Part shown: positions 36,762 through 45,794 of the stretch, piece after piece
Layout of the letters: each line of letters begins with the position of its first letter
Position numbering within the stretch: the first letter of the stretch is position 1
Source of the DNA: Myxococcales bacterium
Lineage (GTDB): Bacteria > Myxococcota_A > UBA9160 > UBA4427
Assembly (NCBI GenBank): GCA_012959665.1
Contig: DUCT01000222.1
Span: 1 to 63,556, forward strand
Length of the DNA stretch: 63,556 nucleotides
Direction: 5' to 3'
Made by a program: the position numbers and the translations under genes
The notes under the pieces: model-generated
Databases searched by the model: none
Told to the model about the DNA's origin: nothing
The model's input: only the letters and a program-made list of their open reading frames with translations

Positions 36762-37778
36762 TCAGCTTTCCGGCTCGGGACGATCCAGCGCGAGCAGGCA
36801 GAGATAATCCAGAGCCAGGGTGGCGGCGGCCAGAGACGTGATGTCCGAGGCGTCGTAGGGCGGGGAAACCTCGACGATATCCATCCCCACGAAGTCGACC
36901 CCAGCGAGAGCACCCAGGACCCTCCGTGCGAAACGCGTCGACAGTCCTCCCACGACTGGTGTTCCGGTTCCTGGCGCATATGCGGGATCCAGGCAGTCGA
37001 TGTCGAACGTCAGGTAGGCGCGACCCTCGCCCACCACCTCGCGGATTTTGCGGCCAACCTCCTCCGGTCCCCGGTCGTGCACCCAATCGACGTCGAGCAG
37101 TTGAAAGCCATGGGTCTCGGCATTGTGGGTTCGGATACCCACCTGCACCGAGTGTTCCACGTCGATCAAGCCCTCGCCCAGCGCGTGGTAGAACATATTG
37201 CCGTGCCCGAGTTCCTCTTCGTCGCTCCAGGTATCCGAGTGCGCATCGAAGTGGACCAGGGCCAGGGGGCCGTAGCGAGCCGCATGGGCCCGCAGCAGCG
37301 GGAGAGACACGAGGTGCTCGCCGCCCAGACTGAGCATGGATGCCCCACCGGCCAGTACGGCAGCAGCATATTTTTCCGCGGCGTCCAACATGGACGCGAG
37401 GGAGCCCGCCGCGTAGGCCACGTCCCCACCGTCGATGACCGCAAGCCGATCCAAAGGGTCGAAGCCCCAAGGCCAAACGGGGCCGTAAGCCAGTTCCGCA
37501 GAGGCCGCGCGAATACCCCTCGGCCCAAATCGCGCCCCGGGGCGATTCGAGGCCGTGATGTCGCACGGAATTCCGCAGACAACTACATCGGCCGAGACGA
37601 AATCTCGGCTGTAGCGGCGGCGCATGAAACTGAGCGCGCCCGAGAAGGAATTCTCCATATCGGTGCCGTAGAGTCCCGTGGCCATAAAGGCGGCGTCTCC
37701 CCCCGGCGCCTCGGGGTCGTTCCCCGCCCCGCCGCGTGGGGCTTGCGCCTCGCCGCTTCCTTTTTTGACCATCCCCAC
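36762..37778 (-). CDS. speB: Agmatinase (arginase/ureohydrolase family)
   Basis: GIPCDITASNRPGARFGPRGIR, HFDAHSDTW, GGEH, DIDCLDPAYAPGTGTPVVGGLS (Mn ligands). The GTG start at 37778 is uncertain; an alternative Met is at 37685 (MATGLYG...). Confidence 0.9.
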   Translation of the reverse strand: MGMVKKGSGEAQAPRGGAGNDPEAPGGDAAFMATGLYGTDMENSFSGALSFMRRRYSRDFVSADVVVCGIPCDITASNRPGARFGPRGIRAASAELAYGPVWPWGFDPLDRLAVIDGGDVAYAAGSLASMLDAAEKYAAAVLAGGASMLSLGGEHLVSLPLLRAHAARYGPLALVHFDAHSDTWSDEEELGHGNMFYHALGEGLIDVEHSVQVGIRTHNAETHGFQLLDVDWVHDRGPEEVGRKIREVVGEGRAYLTFDIDCLDPAYAPGTGTPVVGGLSTRFARRVLGALAGVDFVGMDIVEVSPPYDASDITSLAAATLALDYLCLLALDRPEPES

Positions 37779-37993
37779 CCTGACCTTTCCCTGGCTCAGC
37801 CTCTCCGGATCGCCCCAGAAATTTGATCCTGAGCGGGTCGCCGTCGTGCGGACTCGCTACTCTGTTTTGCCCGCGGACTGATAGCACGGTGCCATCTGAC
37901 TTTCCCGAAGCACCGCAGCCACTGAGAAGTGCACTCCGCCACGGAGGACCCGCGCTGAAACTGCTTCAGCGAGTGATCGCCCGCGAGCACTGA

Positions 37994-38665
37994 ATGCGGC
38001 GGTTCGATCCGGTTCCGCCCCAACCAAGAGGCAACCCCCTGACAACCCCACCCGAAAACCATGAGCAAGCGCATGGGCTGGCCGTGTTCCTACTGGACGC
38101 GCCCAACCTCATGACCCTCGCAGGCCTGGCTGCGGGCCTCGGTGCCGTCGGCCTGTGCATCCAGGAACGCTTCGGCCCGGCCCTGGCCCTGTGCCTCCTC
38201 GCCATCCTGATCGACCAACTCGATGGACGCATGGCCCGCCAGCGCCCGGATCGACCGGCGGCCGTGGGCACGTTTGGGGCGCATCTCGATTGCTACGCGG
38301 ACTTCGTGTCCAAGGGAGTTTTCCCGGCGCTCATGCTCTTGATCCTCGGCGGATTTTCCTGGGCGGTCTGGCTCGTCGCCGGAATGCACCTCGCAGCCAT
38401 CGCGGTTCGCTACAGCTACGAGTTCGTCCCCTCGGCACCCCGGCGCGGTCTGTCACCCGACTACAGCATCCTCGTCTTCGCGCTTCTGTACTTGGCGTCG
38501 CCCGGCTGGGGTCCTCGCTACCCGGTAATTCTGGCCGTTCTGATGATCGCCCTGGCCGGCCTCAACCTCGCGCCCTTCAGCGTCCCGCAACTGCAAGGTA
38601 AAGCGCTCGGCGCCTTCGTGATCGGCTGCCTCGCTTTGATGGCACTGCTCATCGGGCGCCCCTAG
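37994..38665 (+). CDS. CDP-alcohol phosphatidyltransferase family protein
   Basis: 223 aa membrane protein. DQLDGRMAR...GAHLDCYAD matches the D-x2-D-G-x2-A-R...G-x3-D-x3-D signature. Confidence 0.85.
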   Translation: MRRFDPVPPQPRGNPLTTPPENHEQAHGLAVFLLDAPNLMTLAGLAAGLGAVGLCIQERFGPALALCLLAILIDQLDGRMARQRPDRPAAVGTFGAHLDCYADFVSKGVFPALMLLILGGFSWAVWLVAGMHLAAIAVRYSYEFVPSAPRRGLSPDYSILVFALLYLASPGWGPRYPVILAVLMIALAGLNLAPFSVPQLQGKALGAFVIGCLALMALLIGRP

Positions 38666-38684
38666 CCGAACAACTCCAGCCCCT

Positions 38685-39587
38685 TCATGGCCCCAGACGC
38701 GCCTGCAAGCCTTCCAGTTTGGCCAGTGAACGCTTGCGAGCCGGCGTGAGTCGAAGGCCTTCGAGTTGCGCGGAGGCCTCGGCAAGGTGTCTACGCGCCT
38801 CGGCTTCCTGATCGACGAGAATCAGCAATTCGGCCAGTTCGATGTTCCAGTCTGGCCCACCCCCCAGTCCGTTTTCAAGGGTTCGCAGCCGAACGATGGC
38901 AGCCTGATAGCGCTGACTCTGCACTTCGAGAGCAATCGCGCGGCGCTGAAGTTGGGGCACAGGGCCGACTTTCTGCATTCCGGCATCGAGCATTTCCAGG
39001 GCGCGACCGGAACCGGCCCCTTTCATTTCTTCGAGAATCTGGGCAGCCGACAGGTAATGGCCCGGGTTCGGGTTCGTCTCCACCGCAAAGAGAGCCTCGA
39101 AATCCACAAGGGCGGCGGCACCATCCCCGGCCTCCCGGGCCGCCCGGGCGCGGTACTCCAATGCCGCAACATCCCGGGGAAACCGTTGCAGATGCAGTCC
39201 AAGATCCCTCCGCGCCTCGTCGTAGCGGCCCACCTTGTAGAGAAGCATCCCGCGGTCGAGAGCCACTCCCAATACACCGCCCAGTTCGGCTGCGGTTTCG
39301 AAGTCGGCCAGCGCCCGCGCGCTCTGTCCCTCATTCGCATAGGCGACTGCGCGCTCGCGGTAGAGGGTCGCATCGAGTGGGGCAGCTTCCAGCCGAGCGC
39401 TCAAGGTGGAAATCCATTCCTCGAGACTCGGATGAGCGGCGGCCTGGGAGGCCCATAGCATCCACGCCACCAACACCACCCAGGCCACGCAACCGGCGAC
39501 ACGAAGCCCACGTCTCTCACGGCGCAAAACCCCGCCGCCCTCGCCGACTCTGCGAGGCGTCATGGACCCAATCCCCAACCCGAACAC
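38685..39587 (-). CDS. Tetratricopeptide-repeat protein (membrane-anchored or secreted)
   Basis: 300 aa. N-terminal hydrophobic segment VAWVVLVAWMLWASQAAA, then several TPR-like A/Y/L repeats (YRERAVAYANEGQSARALADFETA...). Confidence 0.8.
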   Translation of the reverse strand: MFGLGIGSMTPRRVGEGGGVLRRERRGLRVAGCVAWVVLVAWMLWASQAAAHPSLEEWISTLSARLEAAPLDATLYRERAVAYANEGQSARALADFETAAELGGVLGVALDRGMLLYKVGRYDEARRDLGLHLQRFPRDVAALEYRARAAREAGDGAAALVDFEALFAVETNPNPGHYLSAAQILEEMKGAGSGRALEMLDAGMQKVGPVPQLQRRAIALEVQSQRYQAAIVRLRTLENGLGGGPDWNIELAELLILVDQEAEARRHLAEASAQLEGLRLTPARKRSLAKLEGLQARLGP

Positions 39588-39596
39588 CCGAACCTT

Positions 39597-41372
39597 TCAG
39601 TCGTCGGATCGCAGGATCGTAAACTCGTCGAGGATGGCCCCGTCCGAGTCGATCATGCGCGCCCGCAGCCGATGCTCACCGGCATCGAGAACCACGGAGC
39701 CGCGCACTTTCAGCCCCCTGCGCCCCTCGGGATCCGCGGCTTGCGGCACGTGAGCGGGAAACTGCAGAAAGTTGGGCGTGATGGCAGGATTCGCCGAACT
39801 GGCCTTTCCCGAATTGCCGGCCACGGTGTAGACCGTCTTGTCGTCCAGCCCACTGGCCGTGACCTGAGTGTACTTATCTGGGCCGTTACCCGTTGCCGGC
39901 TCCCCGGCTGGGTTCAACTCCGCGTTGACTGCCGGATCAAAGTCCACGGCGTCTCCCGTGTAGCCCCCCAAGTAATAGGAACGCTCATAGCTATGGCTGT
40001 GGCCCCCGTACACGACATCGACCCCGTAGTCGTCAAAGATCGGTGTAAATTCCTCCCGTAGGGTCACCATGGGGAGATCGAGGTAATTGGCGAAAGATTG
40101 CATGAGCAGAGAATCGCTATCCGAGTTGTGCGAGCCGTAGGAATAGGTGGGATGATGGAAGATCACCACCGTCCAATCGCTTCGATTGCTCGAGAGGTCC
40201 GCGATCAGCCACGTTCGCATGGCCTCGCGCTGCGCCGGGTCTCGAGCGGTCAACTGAGAGTCCAGGCTGACTACGTGTACCGCCCCGTGGTCAAAAGAGT
40301 AGTACTGCTCGGTCCCGCTCGGCACACCGCCCACTTCGCCCGCAGTGGGAAACGAGAAGATGTCGAGATAGGGCATTCCCTCGTCGGGAGTCCCGGGATC
40401 TCCATCGGAATAGCTGCCCGGGTCCGACGAAACACTCAGGCCACCCGCATTGAACGCGCCAAAGGCGGGCAGGTTACCCACCCCCATTTCATGATTGCCA
40501 ATGGTGGACCAAACGGCGGTCTGCTTGAGAATATCGCGATACAGATCAAAGACCGCGGCCTGAAATTCGTGATCCGTTCCCTTGGTATAGGCATTGTCGC
40601 CCAGCATCAGAAACAGGTCGAGCCGCTCGCCACCGTGAGCCGCGTTATAGGCGTAGAACCCGTCGCGCACGCCCGCCGCCTGGCCCGGGTGCTCCCCATC
40701 CGAAGCGGTCCCCGAATCGCCGACGATCCACATGTGCACGTTGTCGTCATCGTCGTCGTCGTCTCCGTGGTCGTCTCCGTGGTCGTCGTGGTCGTCGTGG
40801 TCGTCGTGGTGATCAAGGCTCCTGCGGTGACTACCATGACGCCCCCCGCGTCCGCCCCGGCCGCGTCCGCGGCGCTTGGACTTCGGCGCCGTCTGGAAAT
40901 TTTGGCCGGCCTCCATCTGCCCGGCTACGGAATAGAAGTAGGTTTTCTCGGGCTTGAGACCCGTGATTTGGGCTTCGAAGTGGTTGCCTTCGGTGAGAAT
41001 TCCATCCACGCAGCGGGCCTTGCCGGGTCGACTCAACTTCTTGAACTTTCGGGCATAACACACTTGGCCCGGATCACCCCGCCACTTCACGATGGCGCCG
41101 TGCGGAGACACCTGCTGGAGAAAAAGTCTCGACGCCGGCTCGGAGGACGCGCTCCCCGTCATCATGAAGATCATCGCGAACACTGAACAGGCAGCCGTTG
41201 CCCACGCAATACGAACCTGACCCTGGAACTCAAACGACAGACGCAATGCAACAACCCTCCATGTCAAGTACCCGGTCATGCCGGGTCGGAAACCCGCCGG
41301 CGCAGCCGCAATCAAACCCGGATGCTGTGTTTCCATAACCCTGCGCTTCTCGCCCTGAAAATTCAAGAACAA
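39597..41372 (-). CDS. Secreted metallophosphoesterase, purple-acid-phosphatase-like, with an Arg/Gly plus His/Asp low-complexity insert
   Basis: N-terminal FN3-like PAP domain (VSPHGAIVKWRGD...YFYSV). Metallophosphoesterase motifs GDSG, GDNAY, GNHE, GHSHSYER. Signal-like AACSVFAMIFMMTGSASS. Start codon uncertain. Confidence 0.85.
   Translation of the reverse strand: MFLNFQGEKRRVMETQHPGLIAAAPAGFRPGMTGYLTWRVVALRLSFEFQGQVRIAWATAACSVFAMIFMMTGSASSEPASRLFLQQVSPHGAIVKWRGDPGQVCYARKFKKLSRPGKARCVDGILTEGNHFEAQITGLKPEKTYFYSVAGQMEAGQNFQTAPKSKRRGRGRGGRGGRHGSHRRSLDHHDDHDDHDDHGDDHGDDDDDDDNVHMWIVGDSGTASDGEHPGQAAGVRDGFYAYNAAHGGERLDLFLMLGDNAYTKGTDHEFQAAVFDLYRDILKQTAVWSTIGNHEMGVGNLPAFGAFNAGGLSVSSDPGSYSDGDPGTPDEGMPYLDIFSFPTAGEVGGVPSGTEQYYSFDHGAVHVVSLDSQLTARDPAQREAMRTWLIADLSSNRSDWTVVIFHHPTYSYGSHNSDSDSLLMQSFANYLDLPMVTLREEFTPIFDDYGVDVVYGGHSHSYERSYYLGGYTGDAVDFDPAVNAELNPAGEPATGNGPDKYTQVTASGLDDKTVYTVAGNSGKASSANPAITPNFLQFPAHVPQAADPEGRRGLKVRGSVVLDAGEHRLRARMIDSDGAILDEFTILRSDD
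40743..40812. repeat. Coding GTC/GTG triplet-repeat tract (encodes HDDHDDHDDHGDDHGDDDDDDD on the minus strand)
   Basis: GTCGTCATCGTCGTCGTCGTCTCCGTGGTCGTCTCCGTGGTCGTCGTGGTCGTCGTGGTCGTCGTGGTG. The internal period is 3, 9 or 12, inside the phosphoesterase gene. Confidence 0.9.
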
Positions 41373-41392
41373 TTTCGGTCCGGCCGCGACGA

Positions 41393-41417
41393 GGGGGACG
41401 GGCGGGGACAGGCGGGG
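41393..41417 (+). other. Canonical G-quadruplex motif (G5-AC-G3-C-G4-ACAGGC-G4)
   Basis: GGGGGACGGGCGGGGACAGGCGGGG on the plus strand, in the divergent region between the phosphoesterase and acyl-CoA ligase genes. Only the sequence motif is seen; folding is not shown. Confidence 0.5.
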
Positions 41418-41696
41418 AGAGCCTCGCTAAAGGCCCGAATAGAATAACGATCTTGGCCACTTCCCGCGCGGATTCGTCGCTGATTTTGGCCTCTGCGGCG
41501 ACATCTTGGCACGCTCCGAGTAACCCGCCCCCGGCCGGATTCGGTCACCGGAAAGATCGCCTGTGCAAACCCAGGAAGCCCACCATCCCCCGACCGGATC
41601 GCTATGCTTTGCCGCCCCAAACCCTCCATCCACGGCGCGCCCCGCGCGCCTCCCCAACTCGCCGGGGGCACCCGAACCCGGCGCTACGAACAGGTC

Positions 41697-43295
41697 ATGA
41701 GGTTGTCTATGTCCGAGTCCGAAAGCTTCAAGTCGATCCCCGACCTGCCCCGAGCCTTCGCAAAATCCCAGGGCGACAAAGCCGCCCTGGTTCTTGGAGA
41801 TCGCAGCATTTCCTACGCGGAGCTCGACGCCTCGTCCAATCGCATCGCCCAGGCGCTGATCACCGCCGGGATTGAACCCGGCGACCGCGTGGCCTTCCTC
41901 GACAAGAACGTGCCCGAGTACTTCGAGTTGCTCTTTGGCGCTGCCAAAGCCCGGGCGGTGACCGTCGCGGTCAACTGGCGCCTCGCGCCGCCCGAGATGG
42001 CCTACATCCTCAACCACGCCCGGGTCAAGGTGCTCCTCGTGGGACGCGAATTCCTGGGCCATGTCGACCAGATGGAATTCGACTCGCCCCCGACCGTCTT
42101 GGTGAGCGAGGGTCCAGAAGGCGATCGACTGGGTTTTTCCGATTGGTACGGCGCCGCGGAAAACGTCGACCCCATGCTCCCCTGCGAATGGGAGGACACC
42201 TGCTACCAGCTCTATACGTCGGGGACCACGGGGCTGCCCAAGGGCGTCGAACTCACCAACCGCAATTTTTTCAGCATGCTGGGCGTCGCCTCCAAGGCCT
42301 GGAGCTTCGACACCGAGAGCGTCAACCTCGTCGCCATGCCGCTCTTCCATATTGCCGGAAGCGGCTGGGGCTTTGCGGGCCTCTACAATGGCGGAACCAA
42401 CGTGCTCCTCCGCGACGTGAACCCGACCGAAATCCTTCGGGTCATCGAGAAACACCGCATCACCAACGCCCTGCTGGTGCCCGCCGTCTTTCAGTTTCTG
42501 CTCATGACCCCCGGCCTGGAGACCACCGATTTTTCATCCCTGCGCAGCATCGTCTACGGCGCATCCCCCATCACCGAGGACGTTCTGGTCGGCACCATGA
42601 AGGCGACCCAGGTCGCCCTAGTCCAGGTCTATGGACTCACGGAAACCACCGGCGCCATTACTCTGCTCGGCTTCGAGGACCACGATCCGGGTGGACCCAA
42701 GGCCGACCTGCTTCGCTCGGCAGGGAAGCCCATGGAGGGCGTCGAACTGCGAATCGTCGACACCGATACGAAAATCGACTGCGAGGACGGCGAAGTCGGC
42801 GAGGTCTGGACCCGCAGTCCCCAGAATCTCAAGGCCTATTTCGCCGACGAGAAAGCCACCGCGGCGGCCTATCCCGAGGGCCGAGACAACGACGGCCTGG
42901 GCTGGTTTCGCACGGGGGATGCGGGCTTCCTGCGCGATGGCTATCTCTATATTCATGACCGCGTCAAGGACATGATCCTTTCGGGAGGCGAGAACATCTA
43001 TCCCGCAGAGATCGAAAATGCCCTGATGGAGCACCCCGGCATCGCCGACGTGGCCGTGATCGGAGTCCCCGACGAAAAATGGGGAGAGACCGTCAAGGCA
43101 GTTCTGGTCCTGGCGCCCGAGGGGCCGCCGGATGACGACGAATTGAAGGCATGGTGCCGAGAGCGTCTGGCCGCCTACAAGTGCCCCACGAGTTACGACC
43201 GGGTGGAAGCGATTCCCCGAAACCCCAGCGGCAAGATCCTCAAAACCGAACTCCGCGCGCCCTACTGGGAAGGGCGCGAGCGCATGGTGAACTGA
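41697..43295 (+). CDS. Long-chain-fatty-acid--CoA ligase (AMP-binding enzyme)
   Basis: YTSGTTGLPKGV (AMP motif I), GYGLTE-like VYGLTET, FRTGDAGFLRDGYLYIHDRVKDMI, PSGKILK. Start at Met (MRLSMSE...); the track ORF is extended upstream. Confidence 0.92.
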   Translation: MRLSMSESESFKSIPDLPRAFAKSQGDKAALVLGDRSISYAELDASSNRIAQALITAGIEPGDRVAFLDKNVPEYFELLFGAAKARAVTVAVNWRLAPPEMAYILNHARVKVLLVGREFLGHVDQMEFDSPPTVLVSEGPEGDRLGFSDWYGAAENVDPMLPCEWEDTCYQLYTSGTTGLPKGVELTNRNFFSMLGVASKAWSFDTESVNLVAMPLFHIAGSGWGFAGLYNGGTNVLLRDVNPTEILRVIEKHRITNALLVPAVFQFLLMTPGLETTDFSSLRSIVYGASPITEDVLVGTMKATQVALVQVYGLTETTGAITLLGFEDHDPGGPKADLLRSAGKPMEGVELRIVDTDTKIDCEDGEVGEVWTRSPQNLKAYFADEKATAAAYPEGRDNDGLGWFRTGDAGFLRDGYLYIHDRVKDMILSGGENIYPAEIENALMEHPGIADVAVIGVPDEKWGETVKAVLVLAPEGPPDDDELKAWCRERLAAYKCPTSYDRVEAIPRNPSGKILKTELRAPYWEGRERMVN

Positions 43296-43322
43296 AGCCG
43301 AACTCAGCAGCGAACTCGCTTC

Positions 43323-45779
43323 TCAATCGAAAAGCCCCGCGTGCCGTGCGCGGACTAGGACCTCGATGGCGTCGACCCCGCGAATCGCCCCGCGTATCTC
43401 CTCGGCGAATTCCTTGCGCCGGGCTTCGAGGTTTTGGACACCGGCCTCGAGCAGACCGCGATTGTCCGCCAACTTCAAGGCCGTGGCGAAGAGAACCTTG
43501 GAAACCGACTCTTTGCGTTTCACGTGCTGTTGCAGGGCGTATTGGGTTCCCAGCAAAAGGCAGTCCTCCAAAAAGGTCTCCTCCACAATGATTGCCTGGG
43601 GGTCGGCGCGGCAGAGGGCATCGGCCACCACCCGGTAGGCCTCGAGGAAGGGGCGCAGGATCCGATGGGCGCTCAGGGGCCGGATCTGCTGGAGGAATTC
43701 AAGGGTGGCTTCGGCGCCGCGGCTCAGATGGTTCTCCCAGTCTCCACTAGCGCCCTGATGGAGCGCCATCTCACGGCCCAACTCCTGCCGAAAAGTTTGC
43801 TTGTCTTCGAAAAAGAACTCGAACTTCAGCAGGTCCCGGAGCGCCATGGCTTCCTGCCAGAACCGGGCCAGCCGGTCGCCTTCGGCGAGTTCCCCAGCGC
43901 TGACCAGGGCCAGTTCGGCGATGGCTCCGCTCACGAAATAGTGGATCACGGCGTTGCGATAGTACGCCGCCGACAAATATTGATCCTCGGCAATGCGGTA
44001 AACGGTTTCCGGCCCCGAATCGAAGCGCACCAGCAGACCACTTTCGGTCAGCGCTTCGAGAGTTCTCTTTACGCCTTCGGCCGTGCGGAGATCCAGGGGC
44101 TCGGTGGTGGCCAGTTTTCGGCGCTCCACGTAGTCCACCAAATTCGCGAGACCCACCACGGTTTCGTCGGCGGAGAGCGCCCGATCCCCACGGCCGAGCA
44201 GCGCCAGGCAGACCAGGGAGATCGGGGTGATGGGCGTCGCCCGGTTGATGCGCACGCAGCACTCGAAGGCCAGCTTCTGCACCGCGAGGTTCTGCTCGTC
44301 GGGATCGGGATCCGCCGCAGGATTGGCGGGCCCGAGGCTCGCGGCCAGGGAAAGGGGCTCACCAAAATCCACAAAGATTCGCCCGTAGCTTCGACCGAGC
44401 CGCCGGATGATGCGCAGGAGCCAAGCGAATCCCTCGGTCTCCTTGGCGCCGCCACTCTGCTCGGACGCGTAGTCGCCCACATCCGAGATCTGGTCGTAGC
44501 CGATGGCCACGGGGATCAGGTAGACGTCGTCGCTTCGTCCGCGCAAGTAGGCATCCACCACGTAAGCCAACATGCCAAAGCGCGGAGGCCGCAGTTTTCC
44601 CGAACGCGACCGGCCCCCCTCGATGTACCACTCCAAGGGGAAGCGCTTCTCGATCAGGTAGTCGATGTAGTGACGCAAAACGGCTTTGTAGACCGGAAGG
44701 TCCTTGAAACTGCGGCGAATAAAAAAGGTTCCGCTGCGCCGGACCAACGGACCCACCGGGAAGAAGTTCATGTTGATGCCCCCGGCGGTGTGGTTCGGGG
44801 GTAGACCGTGCTCGTGGAGAAGCAGTTGCAATGCGGGATGATCGAGGTTCGACTTGTGGCTGGGCAGGAAGACCACGGGATGCTGCTGGGACAGGACGCG
44901 GACGCGCTCCACCGCCGCTGGGTCGAAGCGAATCAACTCGTCGTACCCCCGCTGGGTCAGCCGGCGCCAAAGCTGCACCACAAGGTCGATCACGAAGGGG
45001 CTGTGGGTTGCGGCGATCTCCTTCAGGTAGCGAGCGGCATCGCGGCCGACCCGGGCCTCGTCCTGACCGAGTTGTCCGGCCAGCCTGGCCAACTCCCCGC
45101 GCAAGGCCGGGCGCGAAAGCACTTCTTCATGGACGAAACGCGGCACCTTGTAGCGGGCACCGCGAAGCCGTCGCTCCCCGCGTTCCAGGGCCAGAGCGGC
45201 CTGGCGGGCAACGAAATCCGCCAGCCCCTGGGTGGCTCCCGCAGAGGCCTGGTCGGGACTGCGCCAACGGGCCTTCAACTCCGAGGCCAGAGCGGGCTCG
45301 CCGGCGACAACGCGCCAGCGGTCGGCCGTGAAGGCATGCACCCAACGCGCGCGCAATCGACTGGGGTCACGGGGATCGCCGAGTTTCAGCAGATCCGACC
45401 AGCGTGCCGTACGTCGTCCATCGCGCAGCGCAGGAAACCAGGCCACCCGCAACGGTGCAAAGAGCGGATCATCCCCTGCCGCCAGAGTCGCTTCCAATCG
45501 GGGGTCGAGCCCGCCCCGGGGTCTCCGCGAGCATGGGATCTTCAGGATCTCGACACGGCCCTCGTCGTTCGAGGGGTCGGGATTGGCCTCAACAATCCAG
45601 CGCCGAAGCAAGGTCTCCTCGAATCCGCTGGCGACATCGAGCAAAAAAACCACCCGACTGACACCGTCCGAGAGAGGCCAGACCGGAGCCTCCTCTGGAC
45701 GAGGTGCCAAGGGATGAGGCGTTCCGGAATCAGCCACCGGGGAGTGCTTGCCCTTCCCCTCCGACGCCTCACCCTGCAT
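43323..45779 (-). CDS. plsB: Glycerol-3-phosphate 1-O-acyltransferase
   Basis: 818 aa. VVFLPSHKSNLDHPAL (HxxxxD), FFIRRSF, and YIEGGRSRSGKLRPPRFGML, matching PlsB blocks I-IV. Confidence 0.93.
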   Translation of the reverse strand: MQGEASEGKGKHSPVADSGTPHPLAPRPEEAPVWPLSDGVSRVVFLLDVASGFEETLLRRWIVEANPDPSNDEGRVEILKIPCSRRPRGGLDPRLEATLAAGDDPLFAPLRVAWFPALRDGRRTARWSDLLKLGDPRDPSRLRARWVHAFTADRWRVVAGEPALASELKARWRSPDQASAGATQGLADFVARQAALALERGERRLRGARYKVPRFVHEEVLSRPALRGELARLAGQLGQDEARVGRDAARYLKEIAATHSPFVIDLVVQLWRRLTQRGYDELIRFDPAAVERVRVLSQQHPVVFLPSHKSNLDHPALQLLLHEHGLPPNHTAGGINMNFFPVGPLVRRSGTFFIRRSFKDLPVYKAVLRHYIDYLIEKRFPLEWYIEGGRSRSGKLRPPRFGMLAYVVDAYLRGRSDDVYLIPVAIGYDQISDVGDYASEQSGGAKETEGFAWLLRIIRRLGRSYGRIFVDFGEPLSLAASLGPANPAADPDPDEQNLAVQKLAFECCVRINRATPITPISLVCLALLGRGDRALSADETVVGLANLVDYVERRKLATTEPLDLRTAEGVKRTLEALTESGLLVRFDSGPETVYRIAEDQYLSAAYYRNAVIHYFVSGAIAELALVSAGELAEGDRLARFWQEAMALRDLLKFEFFFEDKQTFRQELGREMALHQGASGDWENHLSRGAEATLEFLQQIRPLSAHRILRPFLEAYRVVADALCRADPQAIIVEETFLEDCLLLGTQYALQQHVKRKESVSKVLFATALKLADNRGLLEAGVQNLEARRKEFAEEIRGAIRGVDAIEVLVRARHAGLFD

Positions 45780-45794
45780 CCGAAGTCCTTCCCC

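Noticed and set aside
37994-38025. tRNA-like GGTTCGATCC motif (also GGTTCGATAAG near 9793)
   Set aside because: The flanking bases cannot form a T-stem or an acceptor stem. The first motif lies inside the CDP-alcohol phosphatidyltransferase coding sequence. No tRNA cloverleaf could be built.
41427-42455. 342-aa minus-strand ORF overlapping the acyl-CoA ligase gene
   Set aside because: It is antisense to a gene that carries all the AMP-binding motifs, and its translation has no recognisable features.
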